From positions 5,015,989-5,079,988 of the forward strand of contig OZ253541.1 in assembly GCA_965262365.1 (NCBI GenBank): 64,000 nucleotides of DNA. The letters run 5' to 3'. The first letter of the stretch is position 1. Each line of letters starts with the position of its first letter. This document shows positions 29,213-39,188 of this stretch, piece after piece. The translations under genes and the position numbers were made by a program. This stretch comes from Candidatus Rariloculaceae bacterium (lineage in GTDB: Bacteria; Pseudomonadota; Gammaproteobacteria; Steroidobacterales; Rariloculaceae). Under the pieces are notes generated by a model. It was given only the letters and a program-made list of their open reading frames with translations. It searched no databases and was not told the origin of the DNA.

Positions 29213-31103
29213 GGTTGCCTTCCTTGCAGGTGGCATTGTCGATCGCTCGAATCATCGCGCGAGCTTCCTCGAGTCGGCTGCGCGCGATTTGCAGTGTCTG
29301 CCGAGGCAGTGCCGGTTCGTGCAACAGGGCCTCGTGTCGATCGACCTGATCGAGCCAGTACGGTCCATGTTTTGGCGATACCGCGAAGTTCTTGCATCCC
29401 GCGCAGGTGGAGGGCTCCCGGCGTGCGGGGTTGGGACCGACGGCGTTGCCGAGGCACGCGCTATGCTCTTCGCGGTAGACGCAGAACCCCCAGTCGCACA
29501 CGCCGAGCGTGAGTCCCGCGTCGGTCAGCATGCGTGCATAGCTTTTTATGTCTTCCTTAAGGCGCGCGCCTCTGAAGCGCGGACGTTTGGCGGCGACCTC
29601 CTGGCCTGCGCGTCCGCCCAAGGAGGGTGTCGCGAGCATGTGTTCCCAGGCGCTCACCGACTGCTCCAGAATCTCGGCATCGATCTCCCGGTTGAGGCGA
29701 TAGTCGGATCCGCAATAGGACGTATCGGTGACGGCGCGTTCGCGATGGCCCAGATGTTGGGCGATGGCAAACAAGGCCGATCGGTCCCGTAGCGCCGCGA
29801 AGCGCACGAAGGTCTTGCGGCCCTGATGGGTTGTCAATCGCCACGGTTCGCCGTCATGATCGGGCAGCTCCAGCCACGTAGCGAATCGACCGAGCAACAA
29901 TCGCATGCGCTGAGTCGAAGCGATCTCGATCTCGCCCTCGCACATCGGCCGCCACTCGGTGGCGCCTTTGGCACCGCAGCGGCGCAGCCACAGATCGTCG
30001 CGACCCGTTTGCTGACGATGCCCTTCGGACAGTGCTTCGAGCACCGCGATGGCTTGAACCGCCGGTGGCGGGGCGACCCACTGATGAGGTCGGCCGTGGT
30101 ACTCGGGCTGTCTTTTGTAAATGGCGCCGACGAGGACGGTCATGGAATCGGGCTCCGCCCCGTGACGTTTTACGCAGCCGGCCTGCAGGTGCAGAATCTC
30201 ACTGGCTCTTGCGCCGACGAGGTAGGCGATGACGACAAAGCAGGCCGCGTAGAGCATCTCGATGGCCCAAGCCAGGTCACCAACCGTTGTCAGCGACCGG
30301 TCGTGGCCGGGACTCTCCACAGCGGCCCGCTCGAGCGCGCGCGTTGCCGCGTTGGTGCAGGCATCGGGGCCGCAGCCCCGCCGCTCGGCCGATCCCATGG
30401 CATCGGCGTAGACCTCTCGTGCTCGCAAGATGTTGCTGGCTCCAACGCTGACCAGGTCAATCGCGTGCTTGACGAGCGCCACGGCAACCGCGTCAGGCGT
30501 GTGCGGCCAGCCTTGGATATCGGCATCGCGCACGCCGGCGACATCGCCGTGGCTGCGCCCGGGGAAAGGGTCGAACGTGAGTCCGTCGTCGATCTCGTTG
30601 CGAAAGCGATAGAGATACGTGAACAGGTACAGGTACTTCTCCACCGTCCTGTTGGCGACGGTCTCAGTGGCGATGCCGGCACGCTCCGCGACCGCGCGTT
30701 GAAACTGCCGCACCGCGGTGGCGTCCAGACCGCCAAAGCGTGAGACCCCGGCGCGATCCATCCATCGGAGCAGCTGGCGCAGATGCGCGAAATAACCGCC
30801 GACTGTGCTCGCCCGCTGTGACAATCCCGTGCCCAGACCACGGCGACGGATGATAGCGATCAACTGTCGGCTGCTCTCCAGCAGTGACGCATACCGATCG
30901 TCGGTGAACACCCGGTCGTTGGGCATGGAGAAACCCCACAGCAATCGAACGGGCCGGGGCTCTTCGAGCACGTTGGTCGGTCGAAGCGTCCAAACGGCAT
31001 CGTTCCAGTCGCAGTCGAGCAGAAACCAACCTCGATCGGTGGAGCCTGCCTGCTCGTCCGATGACGTGCTGCGTTGTAACGCGTGTGACGGTGACGTGGG
31101 CAT
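29202..31103 (-). CDS. Large tyrosine recombinase (IntB/TnpB-like) of element B
   Basis: GARASE (R), YK, HQGR, HLGH...TDTSY; Cys-rich C-terminus. Confidence 0.88.
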   Translation of the reverse strand: MPTSPSHALQRSTSSDEQAGSTDRGWFLLDCDWNDAVWTLRPTNVLEEPRPVRLLWGFSMPNDRVFTDDRYASLLESSRQLIAIIRRRGLGTGLSQRASTVGGYFAHLRQLLRWMDRAGVSRFGGLDATAVRQFQRAVAERAGIATETVANRTVEKYLYLFTYLYRFRNEIDDGLTFDPFPGRSHGDVAGVRDADIQGWPHTPDAVAVALVKHAIDLVSVGASNILRAREVYADAMGSAERRGCGPDACTNAATRALERAAVESPGHDRSLTTVGDLAWAIEMLYAACFVVIAYLVGARASEILHLQAGCVKRHGAEPDSMTVLVGAIYKRQPEYHGRPHQWVAPPPAVQAIAVLEALSEGHRQQTGRDDLWLRRCGAKGATEWRPMCEGEIEIASTQRMRLLLGRFATWLELPDHDGEPWRLTTHQGRKTFVRFAALRDRSALFAIAQHLGHRERAVTDTSYCGSDYRLNREIDAEILEQSVSAWEHMLATPSLGGRAGQEVAAKRPRFRGARLKEDIKSYARMLTDAGLTLGVCDWGFCVYREEHSACLGNAVGPNPARREPSTCAGCKNFAVSPKHGPYWLDQVDRHEALLHEPALPRQTLQIARSRLEEARAMIRAIDNATCKEGNHGR

Positions 31104-31112
31104 GCGGGCCTC

Positions 31113-32849
31113 TTATCGAAGCTCCGGCAACGGCGCAAGCGCCCGCATCAGCGCTTGCGCCGAGGCATGTTGATCGCTGCCGAACCGTGGCAGGATGTCT
31201 TGTTCCAGGATCTGCAGTTGCGGTTCGTAGAAGGCCTTCCACCGTGCTGGATGCAACGTCGCTGCACTCGTGCGCAGGTGATCGCGGGCCTGCAGCAGTC
31301 TGGCCAGGGTCGTCGGGTCTTGTGCAATGATGGCGTTGGGGCAAGTGAAGCAGCCCATGAAGTTGGTGCAGAGCTCACCGCGACGCGACCCCGGTGCGAT
31401 GCCTTCAAACGGGTTGCTGCACTCGAATCCAAACATCGTCACGACGGCGCCGCCAGGTGGCTCTGCCGGCGGCGCTTGCGGCGACTCGACGACGGCGGTG
31501 TCGTCACACTGTTCGATGTGCTCGAGGAACGCGCCTTGCAGTGCGGCGATGCGGGCATGGTTCTGTGCCTTCACACGCGGTGTGTCGACGTAACCGATGG
31601 TTGTTGCAAGATGCGCGTGGTTGGCCAACGACTGTGTCTTGCGGAGATCGCCGCTGACGCGGTAGAAACTTGCCAGGACACTGGGGCGGATGGATGCGAG
31701 CGTAAAGTGCGCAAGCTCATGGCGTTCGCGAAATACCTTGAGGTGATGCCTGACGGCCGCCGTTGTCAGTGCGCTAACACCACGTCTGTGCTTATACAGA
31801 AACAACCGGTCGCGATCATCGGCCGGCGCCATTGGACGGAGCCGCCGGTTCCACTCGAGGATCTCCTTCACCAGTGAAGGTGGCTCGAAACGATCGGTCG
31901 CACTGAACGTGCGTCGCTGCATGCGGTTGGAGCGCGACTTGAACCACACGAGCGCTTCGCGATCGTGTAACAGCGGCAACGGCTGCAAGCAGTCGCACTC
32001 GATCTCTGCGATCGGTTCGGGGTTGCCGGCGGCATGGATCAGAATGGCCAGGTAGTACGGCAGCAGCGCCTCAAGGCGCGGATACAGGCACGGTTCCACG
32101 CCCTTCATGCCACCGAACCGAGTCAGTGCCTGTCGCGCCGCGTACTGTCCTGCGACCGCAAACTGACGATCCGGCGGTACGACGCCGCCGAAGCGTTGTT
32201 CGATGTAATTGAGCAGCCCACCGAGTGTGGCCACGGAGTCGGCGGCGCCGGCGCGTTCGGCGTCGGCGGCAGTGCGCCGCGCCCGAATCTCTTTTATGTC
32301 GCTCTTGCACGCCTTCAGCAGCGCGCGCAGAGCGCGCGCCGACATCGTCGCAACAGGTCGAGTGTCGCGATTGCGCCAGGGAAACGGGTTAAACGGGTAA
32401 TCGATGCCGCCGAGGATCTCCGGGCGACACCGTTCGAGCCACTGCAGCAGCATACGCAGCGTGGCGTACGTCCTCGATCGACTGGACTTGCTCCACGGTT
32501 GACCGTTGGATCGGCGTTGGCCGTTCAGCCACTCGACGTAGCGCACCAGCAGACCGCCGTTGAGGTCGGCCAGGCTGTGGATCGCCGCGGACTCGTCCGC
32601 GAACCGAGCGAACGTTTTTACGTTCCACCAGTGCAGGTAAAGACTCCGCTCGGCCAGCACCCCGAAATGCCGCCAAAAGGCCTCGGCCAAGGCCAGCCGC
32701 ACGTCGGCCGGCAGCCTGAGCGAACTGAAATCCATGACGGTGTCACGAATGCGCCGAGGTGCATCGAAACGCGATGACTGCAGCGTCCTCGACGATACGC
32801 TCGATGCGTTGGCGGGCAACAAACGCGGCATGGATTTACGGCGAGACAT
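31113..32849 (-). CDS. Tyrosine-recombinase-fold protein with degenerate active site (CDS2-like) of element B
   Basis: AAGNPEP in place of TGxR, ASIR in place of HxxR, ANH...TTIGY retained; C..FMGCFTCPNA tail. Confidence 0.8.
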   Translation of the reverse strand: MSRRKSMPRLLPANASSVSSRTLQSSRFDAPRRIRDTVMDFSSLRLPADVRLALAEAFWRHFGVLAERSLYLHWWNVKTFARFADESAAIHSLADLNGGLLVRYVEWLNGQRRSNGQPWSKSSRSRTYATLRMLLQWLERCRPEILGGIDYPFNPFPWRNRDTRPVATMSARALRALLKACKSDIKEIRARRTAADAERAGAADSVATLGGLLNYIEQRFGGVVPPDRQFAVAGQYAARQALTRFGGMKGVEPCLYPRLEALLPYYLAILIHAAGNPEPIAEIECDCLQPLPLLHDREALVWFKSRSNRMQRRTFSATDRFEPPSLVKEILEWNRRLRPMAPADDRDRLFLYKHRRGVSALTTAAVRHHLKVFRERHELAHFTLASIRPSVLASFYRVSGDLRKTQSLANHAHLATTIGYVDTPRVKAQNHARIAALQGAFLEHIEQCDDTAVVESPQAPPAEPPGGAVVTMFGFECSNPFEGIAPGSRRGELCTNFMGCFTCPNAIIAQDPTTLARLLQARDHLRTSAATLHPARWKAFYEPQLQILEQDILPRFGSDQHASAQALMRALAPLPELR

Positions 32850-32851
32850 CG

Positions 32852-34012
32852 CTACGTCGTCCCGGCAAAGAGGGAATCCAGGACGTCTTTGAGCGTCCAC
32901 TCATCGACCGCGATGGCACGCAAGTAGCGGTCCGTCGTACCGATACGTTCGTGGCCCATCAGCACCTTGACGATAAGCAGCGGGTTAATCGCCGCGCCGG
33001 CGCCGGCCAACCGCTCCAGTCGCGCCAGCAGCATGCAGGCAAACGTCGCGCGCAACTGATGTGTGGTCGCTCTGAATCCGCAGCGTGTGCCTGCGCGGCG
33101 GACCTGGCGCTGATAGGCGTTCTTGCCCGCCGCTGCGCCACGTGCGTTGACGAACAATGCGCTCGGATCCGAGGTCGATCCTCTGCGTCTGGCGCGGCGC
33201 ACCCACGCGCGACGATGTTGTGAGACGTAGCAAGCTGTCTCATCGAGCAAGCTGGCCGAGGCCACCACATAACCTCGCTTGCGGCCCTTGCGCAGCACCT
33301 CGACCACGTCGTGCGACGCCGTTGACGACGGCCGTTTGGCAACGTCGCCAATGTCGAGTCGCAGTAACTCGCTGACGCGCAGGCCCGTGTAGAGCTGCCA
33401 GCGAGCCATCAGGTCATAAGGCGGCGCGAGCGCCGCCATCAGCTCGCATGCTTGCGCCGATATGAGTGGACGCGGCAGTGACTCGAACTGTCGCAACACG
33501 AACAGACTGTGGTCGGTGGCTGTTGTGGTCGTGCTGCGCGCGGGCCGCGGCCGCTTAACCCGCGCAAAATCGCGAGGCTGGCTCGCCAACGGCGATGCAT
33601 CCAGGTACCGGTTGCGCACCAGCCACTCGTAGAATCTGAGCACGCCACGGACACGATGGTTGATGGTCGAGATACGGTACGGTCGACCGGTGTGCCCGCT
33701 CGGTTCCGACAGCATCCGGTTGCGGTACGCCACCAGGTCGACGGCATCCGCTTCCCGCCAGGCGATCGCGTTCTGTTCAAGCGTCTCGAACCAGTCGTAG
33801 AGAATCTCCGCGTAGGTCCTGAGAGTGTCAGCGGTATGGGCTCGCTGAATGAAGTGCTCATGTAGATACGCAACCGCCGGCTCAATGAGCTGACAATCGG
33901 CCGTGAACAGAAGCGGGAATCCGGCAGGTCTGGGCTCACGAAGCACCATCGAACGTGCCTGCAAGGCAGCCTCGGCAAGATGCTCGCCGACCTCGTCCGG
34001 CTCTGGCAGCAC
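32852..34012 (-). CDS. Tyrosine recombinase (IntA/TnpA-like) of element B; true start possibly ATG 33949
   Basis: TLRTYA core-binding helix, TGLRVSE, RKGRK, HQLR, LMGH...TTDRY. Confidence 0.92.
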   Translation of the reverse strand: MLPEPDEVGEHLAEAALQARSMVLREPRPAGFPLLFTADCQLIEPAVAYLHEHFIQRAHTADTLRTYAEILYDWFETLEQNAIAWREADAVDLVAYRNRMLSEPSGHTGRPYRISTINHRVRGVLRFYEWLVRNRYLDASPLASQPRDFARVKRPRPARSTTTTATDHSLFVLRQFESLPRPLISAQACELMAALAPPYDLMARWQLYTGLRVSELLRLDIGDVAKRPSSTASHDVVEVLRKGRKRGYVVASASLLDETACYVSQHRRAWVRRARRRGSTSDPSALFVNARGAAAGKNAYQRQVRRAGTRCGFRATTHQLRATFACMLLARLERLAGAGAAINPLLIVKVLMGHERIGTTDRYLRAIAVDEWTLKDVLDSLFAGTT

Positions 34013-34016
34013 CGAC

Positions 34017-34349
34017 TTACGAATGATCTGAACGATGTTGGCTTCGCTCGCGGGTCAGCTGCTTGACCGCGTCCACAAAAGACAGACCGCGAACATGCAT
34101 CGCCAGGTCGATGGCACCGCCACCGCCGCAGCGCCCTCGCATGTCGTACCACTGGCACCCTGTCGTCAAGATCTCAAACTCCCCGCGTGTGGTACGTACG
34201 TGCCAGCGTCGGCTGCGATCCGACTTGACCGGCACATAGCTTGGGTCGGCCTTGACGTGTATCGCCAGCAATGCCAAGGCATCGGAGGCCGGCATCTCGC
34301 GCAGCTGCGTCAACGTCGCTTCGTCGAAAAATCGGCGCCTCGCCATCAA
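34017..34349 (-). CDS. 110-aa protein resembling a primase N-terminal (CHC2-like) domain, first gene of the operon
   Basis: WYD....GGGGAIDLAMHV.GLSFVDAVKQL; GGAGG RBS; conserved in element A. Confidence 0.7.
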   Translation of the reverse strand: MMARRRFFDEATLTQLREMPASDALALLAIHVKADPSYVPVKSDRSRRWHVRTTRGEFEILTTGCQWYDMRGRCGGGGAIDLAMHVRGLSFVDAVKQLTRERSQHRSDHS

Positions 34350-34420
34350 CGCATGCCTCCAAAATGATCGCGTGCCGGGCTACTCGCCTCTAAACGAGGC
34401 CTGGGCTGCTCGGCCCGCTC

Positions 34421-34449
34421 AGTGTAGGCAATCAGAAGGAGGGACCCAA
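34421..34449 (-). promoter_or_regulatory. Candidate sigma70 promoter of the recombinase operon
   Basis: TTGGGT-N17-TACACT on the minus strand, just inside the terminal IR; identical in element A. Confidence 0.35.
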
Positions 34450-34478
34450 TGAGGTTTACAACCGTGAATGCAACCTAA

Positions 34479-34631
34479 CATCCAAGTCAGGTATCGGAGC
34501 CAAGTGACGCCGACCGCGGCATCACGCAGAAGCTCGGCCGGGCCCTCGCGCTGATCGACGTGCGCCTGCTCGATCACCTCGTCGTCACCGACGGGGACAT
34601 GGTCTCGTTCGCGCAACGCGGGCTTATATGA
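34479..34631 (+). pseudogene. radC: radC-2, 3' part
   Basis: [50 protein letters not shown]. Confidence 0.92.
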
Positions 34632-34647
34632 CCGAGCGTTCCGGCAA

Positions 34648-35082
34648 CTAGTTGCCAGGGTTCGACAACGGTTCCAGTCGCACGGATGCCAAGTTCGTTT
34701 TGCTGCCACGACGAAGTGCGGCGAGTTCTCCCTCGCGTCTCTCAAGCAAAATCCGACTCTCGGACCAAGCCGCAAAGTAGTGATCGACGAGTGCGGCGAG
34801 CTGGGTGACCTGAGTTCGCAGTGTCGCCCGTTCTTCGCGCAACGCCATCAAGGTCTTCTGGTCCGGACCTGCTCTGCCGGGGTGTTTGCGTTGCCATTGA
34901 TGGAGCGATTGCAGTACGCCGGGGTGGTAGCGGTAGAGTGTGGTGCGCGAGACGCCGGCAAGCCGACACAGTGCTGTTGCAGTGACTGTGCTGGGCGTCC
35001 TCTCGGCAGCGTGTTGATCGATGAGTTGGGACAGCGCGCGTTGCAGTCGCTGTTCCGTCGATAGGTTGTCAGTGTCAGTCAT
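34648..35082 (-). CDS. TnpC/Srap-like accessory protein of element A
   Basis: Paralog of 28784-29212. Confidence 0.75.
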   Translation of the reverse strand: MTDTDNLSTEQRLQRALSQLIDQHAAERTPSTVTATALCRLAGVSRTTLYRYHPGVLQSLHQWQRKHPGRAGPDQKTLMALREERATLRTQVTQLAALVDHYFAAWSESRILLERREGELAALRRGSKTNLASVRLEPLSNPGN

Positions 35083-36973
35083 CGGCGCCTTCCTTGGTCG
35101 GGGTGTTGTCGATCGCGCGAATCATCGAGCGCGCTTCATCGAGTCGGCTGCGCGCGATGCGCAGTGTCTGTCCAGGCAGTGCCGGTTCGTGCAAGAGGGC
35201 CTGATGTCGATCGGCTTGTTCGACCCAGTACGGTCGGTGTTGCGCCGTTGCCGCGAAGTTCTTGCATCGAGCGCAAGTGGAGGGCTCTCGCCGAGCCGGA
35301 TTGGGACCGACGGCGTTGCCGAGGCAGGCGCTGTGTTCCTCGCGGTAGACGCAGAAACCCCAGTCGCACACGCCGAGCGTGAGGCCGGCGTCGGTCAACA
35401 TGCGGGCATAGGCGTTGATGCCTTCCTTCAGGCGCGCGCCTCTGAAGCGCGGACGTTTGGCGGCGATATCCTGGCCTGCGCGCCCGCCCAAGGCGGGTGT
35501 CGCGAGCATGTGTTCCCAAGCGCTCACGGACTGCTCGAGAATCTCGGCATCGATCTCCCGGTTGAGGCGATAGTCGGATCCGCAATAGTTCGTGTCGGTG
35601 ACGGCGCGTTCACGATGGCCGAGGTGTTGGGCGATGGCGAACAGGGCCGAGCGGTCGCGCAGCGCGGCGAAACGCACGAAGGTCTTGCGCCCTTGATGGG
35701 TTGTCAGGCGCCACGGCTTGCCGCCGTGGTCGGGCAGATCGAGCCACGTGGCGAATCGTCTGAGCGACGACCCCATGAGAGGGGTCGTTAGGACCCGCAA
35801 CTCGCCCGCGCACGTTCGCCGCCATTCCGTGGCGCCGGCGTTGCCGCAGCGGCGCAGCCACAGATCGTCCCGGCCTGTTTGGCGGCGATGCCCTTCGGAC
35901 AGGGCTTCAAGCACCGTGATCGCTTGAACCACCGGTGGCGGTGCGACCCACTCGTGAGGGCGGCCGTGGTACTCGGGCTCCTTCTTGAAAATGGCCCCGA
36001 CGATGAAGGTCATCGGATCCCGGTCCGCACCGAGGCGTTTTACGCACCCGACCTTAAGGCGCAGGATCTCACTGGCTCTTGCACCGACGAGATAGGCGAT
36101 GACGATGAAGCAGGCCGCGTAGAGCGTATCGATGGCGCTTGCCATGTCACGAACCGATGTCAGTGATCGGTCGGTGCCGGGGATCCTGAGAGCGGCCCGG
36201 CGCAGTGCGCGCGTCGCCGCGTTGGTGCAGGCATTGAGGCAGTAGCCGCGCGCCTCGGCCGAGGCCACAGCATCGGCGTAGACCTGTCGTGCCTGCAGGA
36301 TGTTGCTCGCCGCGACGGTGACGAGAGCGATGGCGTGGTTAACGAGCGGCACAGCGACGGCGTCAGGCGTGTGCGGCCAGGGTCGAATATCGGCATCGCG
36401 CGAGCCGGCCACCTCCGCGGGGCTGCGCCCGGCAAAAGGGTCGAACGGGAGTCCATCGTCGATCTCGTTGCGGAACCGGTAGAGATAGGTGAAGAGGTAG
36501 AGGTACTTCTGCACCGTGGCGCGCGCGATGGTGTCGCGGCCGGCGCCGTGACGCGCCGCGATCACTCGTTGAAACTGGCGCACGGCGGCGGCGTCCAGAT
36601 CGGCGAAGCGTGAGACGCCGGCGCGGTCCATCCATCGGACCAGTTGCCGGAGATGAAAGAAGTAGCCGGCCACCGTGCTCGCACGCTGTGACAGACTCGT
36701 AGTCAGGGTCCGGCGACGAATGACGGCGATCAACTGTCGGCTGCTCTCCAGCAGCGACTCATGGAGATCGTCGGTGAACACCCGGTCGTCGGGCATGGCG
36801 AACGCCCAGACCAATCGAACCGGCTGGCGCTGTTCGAGGACGCTGGTGGGTCGAAGAATCCAGACCTCATCGTGCCAGGCGCAGTCGAGGAGAAACCAGC
36901 CTCGGTCCGCGGCGGCTGCCTGCTCGTCCGGCGGGCAGTCAGGCTGCAACTCGTGGGGCGCTGACCTGCTCAT
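35075..36973 (-). CDS. Large tyrosine recombinase (IntB-like) of element A
   Basis: GARASE, HQGR, HLGH...TDTNY. Confidence 0.88.
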   Translation of the reverse strand: MSRSAPHELQPDCPPDEQAAAADRGWFLLDCAWHDEVWILRPTSVLEQRQPVRLVWAFAMPDDRVFTDDLHESLLESSRQLIAVIRRRTLTTSLSQRASTVAGYFFHLRQLVRWMDRAGVSRFADLDAAAVRQFQRVIAARHGAGRDTIARATVQKYLYLFTYLYRFRNEIDDGLPFDPFAGRSPAEVAGSRDADIRPWPHTPDAVAVPLVNHAIALVTVAASNILQARQVYADAVASAEARGYCLNACTNAATRALRRAALRIPGTDRSLTSVRDMASAIDTLYAACFIVIAYLVGARASEILRLKVGCVKRLGADRDPMTFIVGAIFKKEPEYHGRPHEWVAPPPVVQAITVLEALSEGHRRQTGRDDLWLRRCGNAGATEWRRTCAGELRVLTTPLMGSSLRRFATWLDLPDHGGKPWRLTTHQGRKTFVRFAALRDRSALFAIAQHLGHRERAVTDTNYCGSDYRLNREIDAEILEQSVSAWEHMLATPALGGRAGQDIAAKRPRFRGARLKEGINAYARMLTDAGLTLGVCDWGFCVYREEHSACLGNAVGPNPARREPSTCARCKNFAATAQHRPYWVEQADRHQALLHEPALPGQTLRIARSRLDEARSMIRAIDNTPTKEGADD

Positions 36974-36982
36974 ACGGCTCGC

Positions 36983-38719
36983 TCATCGAAGCTCTGGCAA
37001 GGGGGGGAGCGTGCGCATGAGCGCTTCAGCCGACGCCAGTTGATCGGTCCCGAACCGCGCCAGGATGTCCTGTTCGAGGATCTGCAGTTGCGGTCGGTAG
37101 AAGGCCTTCCAGCGCGCCGGGTGCAACGTCGCTGCGCTGGCGCGCAGATGATCGCGGGCCTGCAGCAGTCTGGCCAGGGTCACCGAATCCTGAGCGATGA
37201 TGGCGTTGGGACAGGTGAAGCAGCCCATGAAGTTGGTGCACAGCTCCCCGCGACGCGACCCCGGTGCGACGCCGGCGAAGGGGTCGCTGCAATCGAATCC
37301 GAACATCGACGTGACGGCGCCGGCGGGTGTCTCTGCGGGCGGCTGTTGCGTCGACGGCGCGACGGCCGTGTCGTCACGCTGTTCGATGTGCTCGATGAAC
37401 GCACCCTGCAGTGCGGCGATGCGCGCATCGTTCTTCGCCTTCACGAGCGGCGTGTCGACGTAGCCGATCGTGGTTGCAAGATGCGCGTGGTTGGCCAGCG
37501 CCTGTGTCTTGCGAAGATCGCCGCTGACGCGGTAGAAACTCGCGAGGACGCTGGGGCGGATGGATGCGAGCGAAAAGTGCGAAAGCTCATGGCGTTCGCG
37601 GAATCCCTTGAGGTGATGCCTGACGGCCGCCGTTGTCAGTGCGCTTACACCACTACTGTGCTTATACAGAAACAGCCGGTCGCGGTGACCGGCGGAGGCC
37701 ATGGGACGGAGCCGCTGGTTCCACTCGAGGATCTCCTTCACCAGTGACGGTGGCTCGAAACGATCGGTCGCACTGAACGTGCGTCGCTGCATGCGGTTGG
37801 CCCGCGGCTTGAACCAGAGCAGCGCCTGGCGGTCGCGCAACAGGGGCACCGGCTGCAGGCAGTCGCACTTCATCCGTGCGATCGGTTGCGGGTTGCCGGC
37901 GGCATGGATGAGAATAGCCAGGTAGTACGGCAGCAGCGCCTCAAGGCGCGGATACAGGCACGGTTCCACGCCCTTCATGCCACCGAACCGTGCCATTGAC
38001 TGTCGCGCCGCGTACTGTGCTGCGACCGAAAACTGACGGTACGGCGGTACGACGCCGCCGAAGCGTTGATCGATGTAATTGAGCAGCCCACCGAGCGTGG
38101 ACAGTGAGCCATCGGCGCCGCCGCGTTCGGCGTCGGCCGCGCCTCGGCGGGCGCGGATGTGGACGATATCCTTCTTGCACGCCTTGAGCAGCGCGCGTAG
38201 CGCGCGCGCCGACATCGTTGAAACGCGTCGGGTGTCGCGGTTCCGCCAGGGGAACGGGCTGAACGGGTACTCGATGCTGCCGAGGATGTCCGGACGACAA
38301 CGTTCCAGCCATTGCAGCATCACCCGGAGCGTGGTGTAGGGACCCGATCGACTGGACTTGGTCCACGCTCGACCGTTGGATCGACGTTGACTGTTCAGCC
38401 ACTCCGCATAACGCGTCAACAGATCGCCGTCGAGGTCGGCCAGGCTGACGACGGCCGCGGACTCGTCCACGAACCGGCAGAAGATCTTTACGTGGGACCA
38501 GCGCGGGTACAATCCCTGCTCGGCGCCAGCGCCGAAGTGCTGCCAGAACGCCTCGGCCAGCGCCCGGCGCACGTCGGCCGGGAGGCGAAGCGCACTGAAA
38601 TCGATGACGGTGTCGCGAATGCGCCGCGGCCTGTCGTAGCGCGATGGCTGTAGCGTCTTCGACGCTACGCTGGATGCCTTCTCAGCCAGTGGCCGCGGCA
38701 TGGACTTGCGACGGGCCAT
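36983..38719 (-). CDS. Degenerate tyrosine-recombinase-fold protein (CDS2-like) of element A
   Basis: Paralog of 31113-32849 with the same N-for-R and ASIR substitutions. Confidence 0.8.
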   Translation of the reverse strand: MARRKSMPRPLAEKASSVASKTLQPSRYDRPRRIRDTVIDFSALRLPADVRRALAEAFWQHFGAGAEQGLYPRWSHVKIFCRFVDESAAVVSLADLDGDLLTRYAEWLNSQRRSNGRAWTKSSRSGPYTTLRVMLQWLERCRPDILGSIEYPFSPFPWRNRDTRRVSTMSARALRALLKACKKDIVHIRARRGAADAERGGADGSLSTLGGLLNYIDQRFGGVVPPYRQFSVAAQYAARQSMARFGGMKGVEPCLYPRLEALLPYYLAILIHAAGNPQPIARMKCDCLQPVPLLRDRQALLWFKPRANRMQRRTFSATDRFEPPSLVKEILEWNQRLRPMASAGHRDRLFLYKHSSGVSALTTAAVRHHLKGFRERHELSHFSLASIRPSVLASFYRVSGDLRKTQALANHAHLATTIGYVDTPLVKAKNDARIAALQGAFIEHIEQRDDTAVAPSTQQPPAETPAGAVTSMFGFDCSDPFAGVAPGSRRGELCTNFMGCFTCPNAIIAQDSVTLARLLQARDHLRASAATLHPARWKAFYRPQLQILEQDILARFGTDQLASAEALMRTLPPLPELR

Positions 38720-39188
38720 CGCTAGGTCGTCTCGGTCAAGAGGGTATCCAGGACGTCTGTGATCGTGCACTCGTCAACCGCGATGGCGCGCAGGTAGCGG
38801 TCGGTCGTGGCGATGTGTTCGTGGCCCATCAGCACCTTGACGATCAACAGCGGGTTGATCGCTGCGCCGCCGCTGGCCAACCGCTCCAGTCGCGCCAGCA
38901 GCATGCACGCGAAGGTCGCGCGCAGCAGATGCGTTGTCGCCTTGAATCCGCACCGGGCGCCTGCACGGCTGATCTGGCGTTGATAGGCGTTCTTGCCGGC
39001 CGCTGCGCCTCGCGCGTTGACGAACAACGCGCACGGCTCCGTGAGCGGGCGCAGTTTGTCTGAGGGGATTTGGGGGGGAATCGCTCGGATTAAATGATGT
39101 TCGGAGCGGGTTGCCCCCCGAAGAACTTGCAAAAAGTTCCCCGGGAGGCTTGTCTCGGTGACGCTGATTTCAACTGAGACGGTGGCCA

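Larger units (their letters stand above)
27869..34478 (-). mobile_element. Inner radC-targeting element B, 6,610 bp, apparently intact
   Basis: Ends TTAGGT (27869) and ACCTAA (34478); flanked by CATCCC and CATCCA; its removal restores radC-2. Confidence 0.92.
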
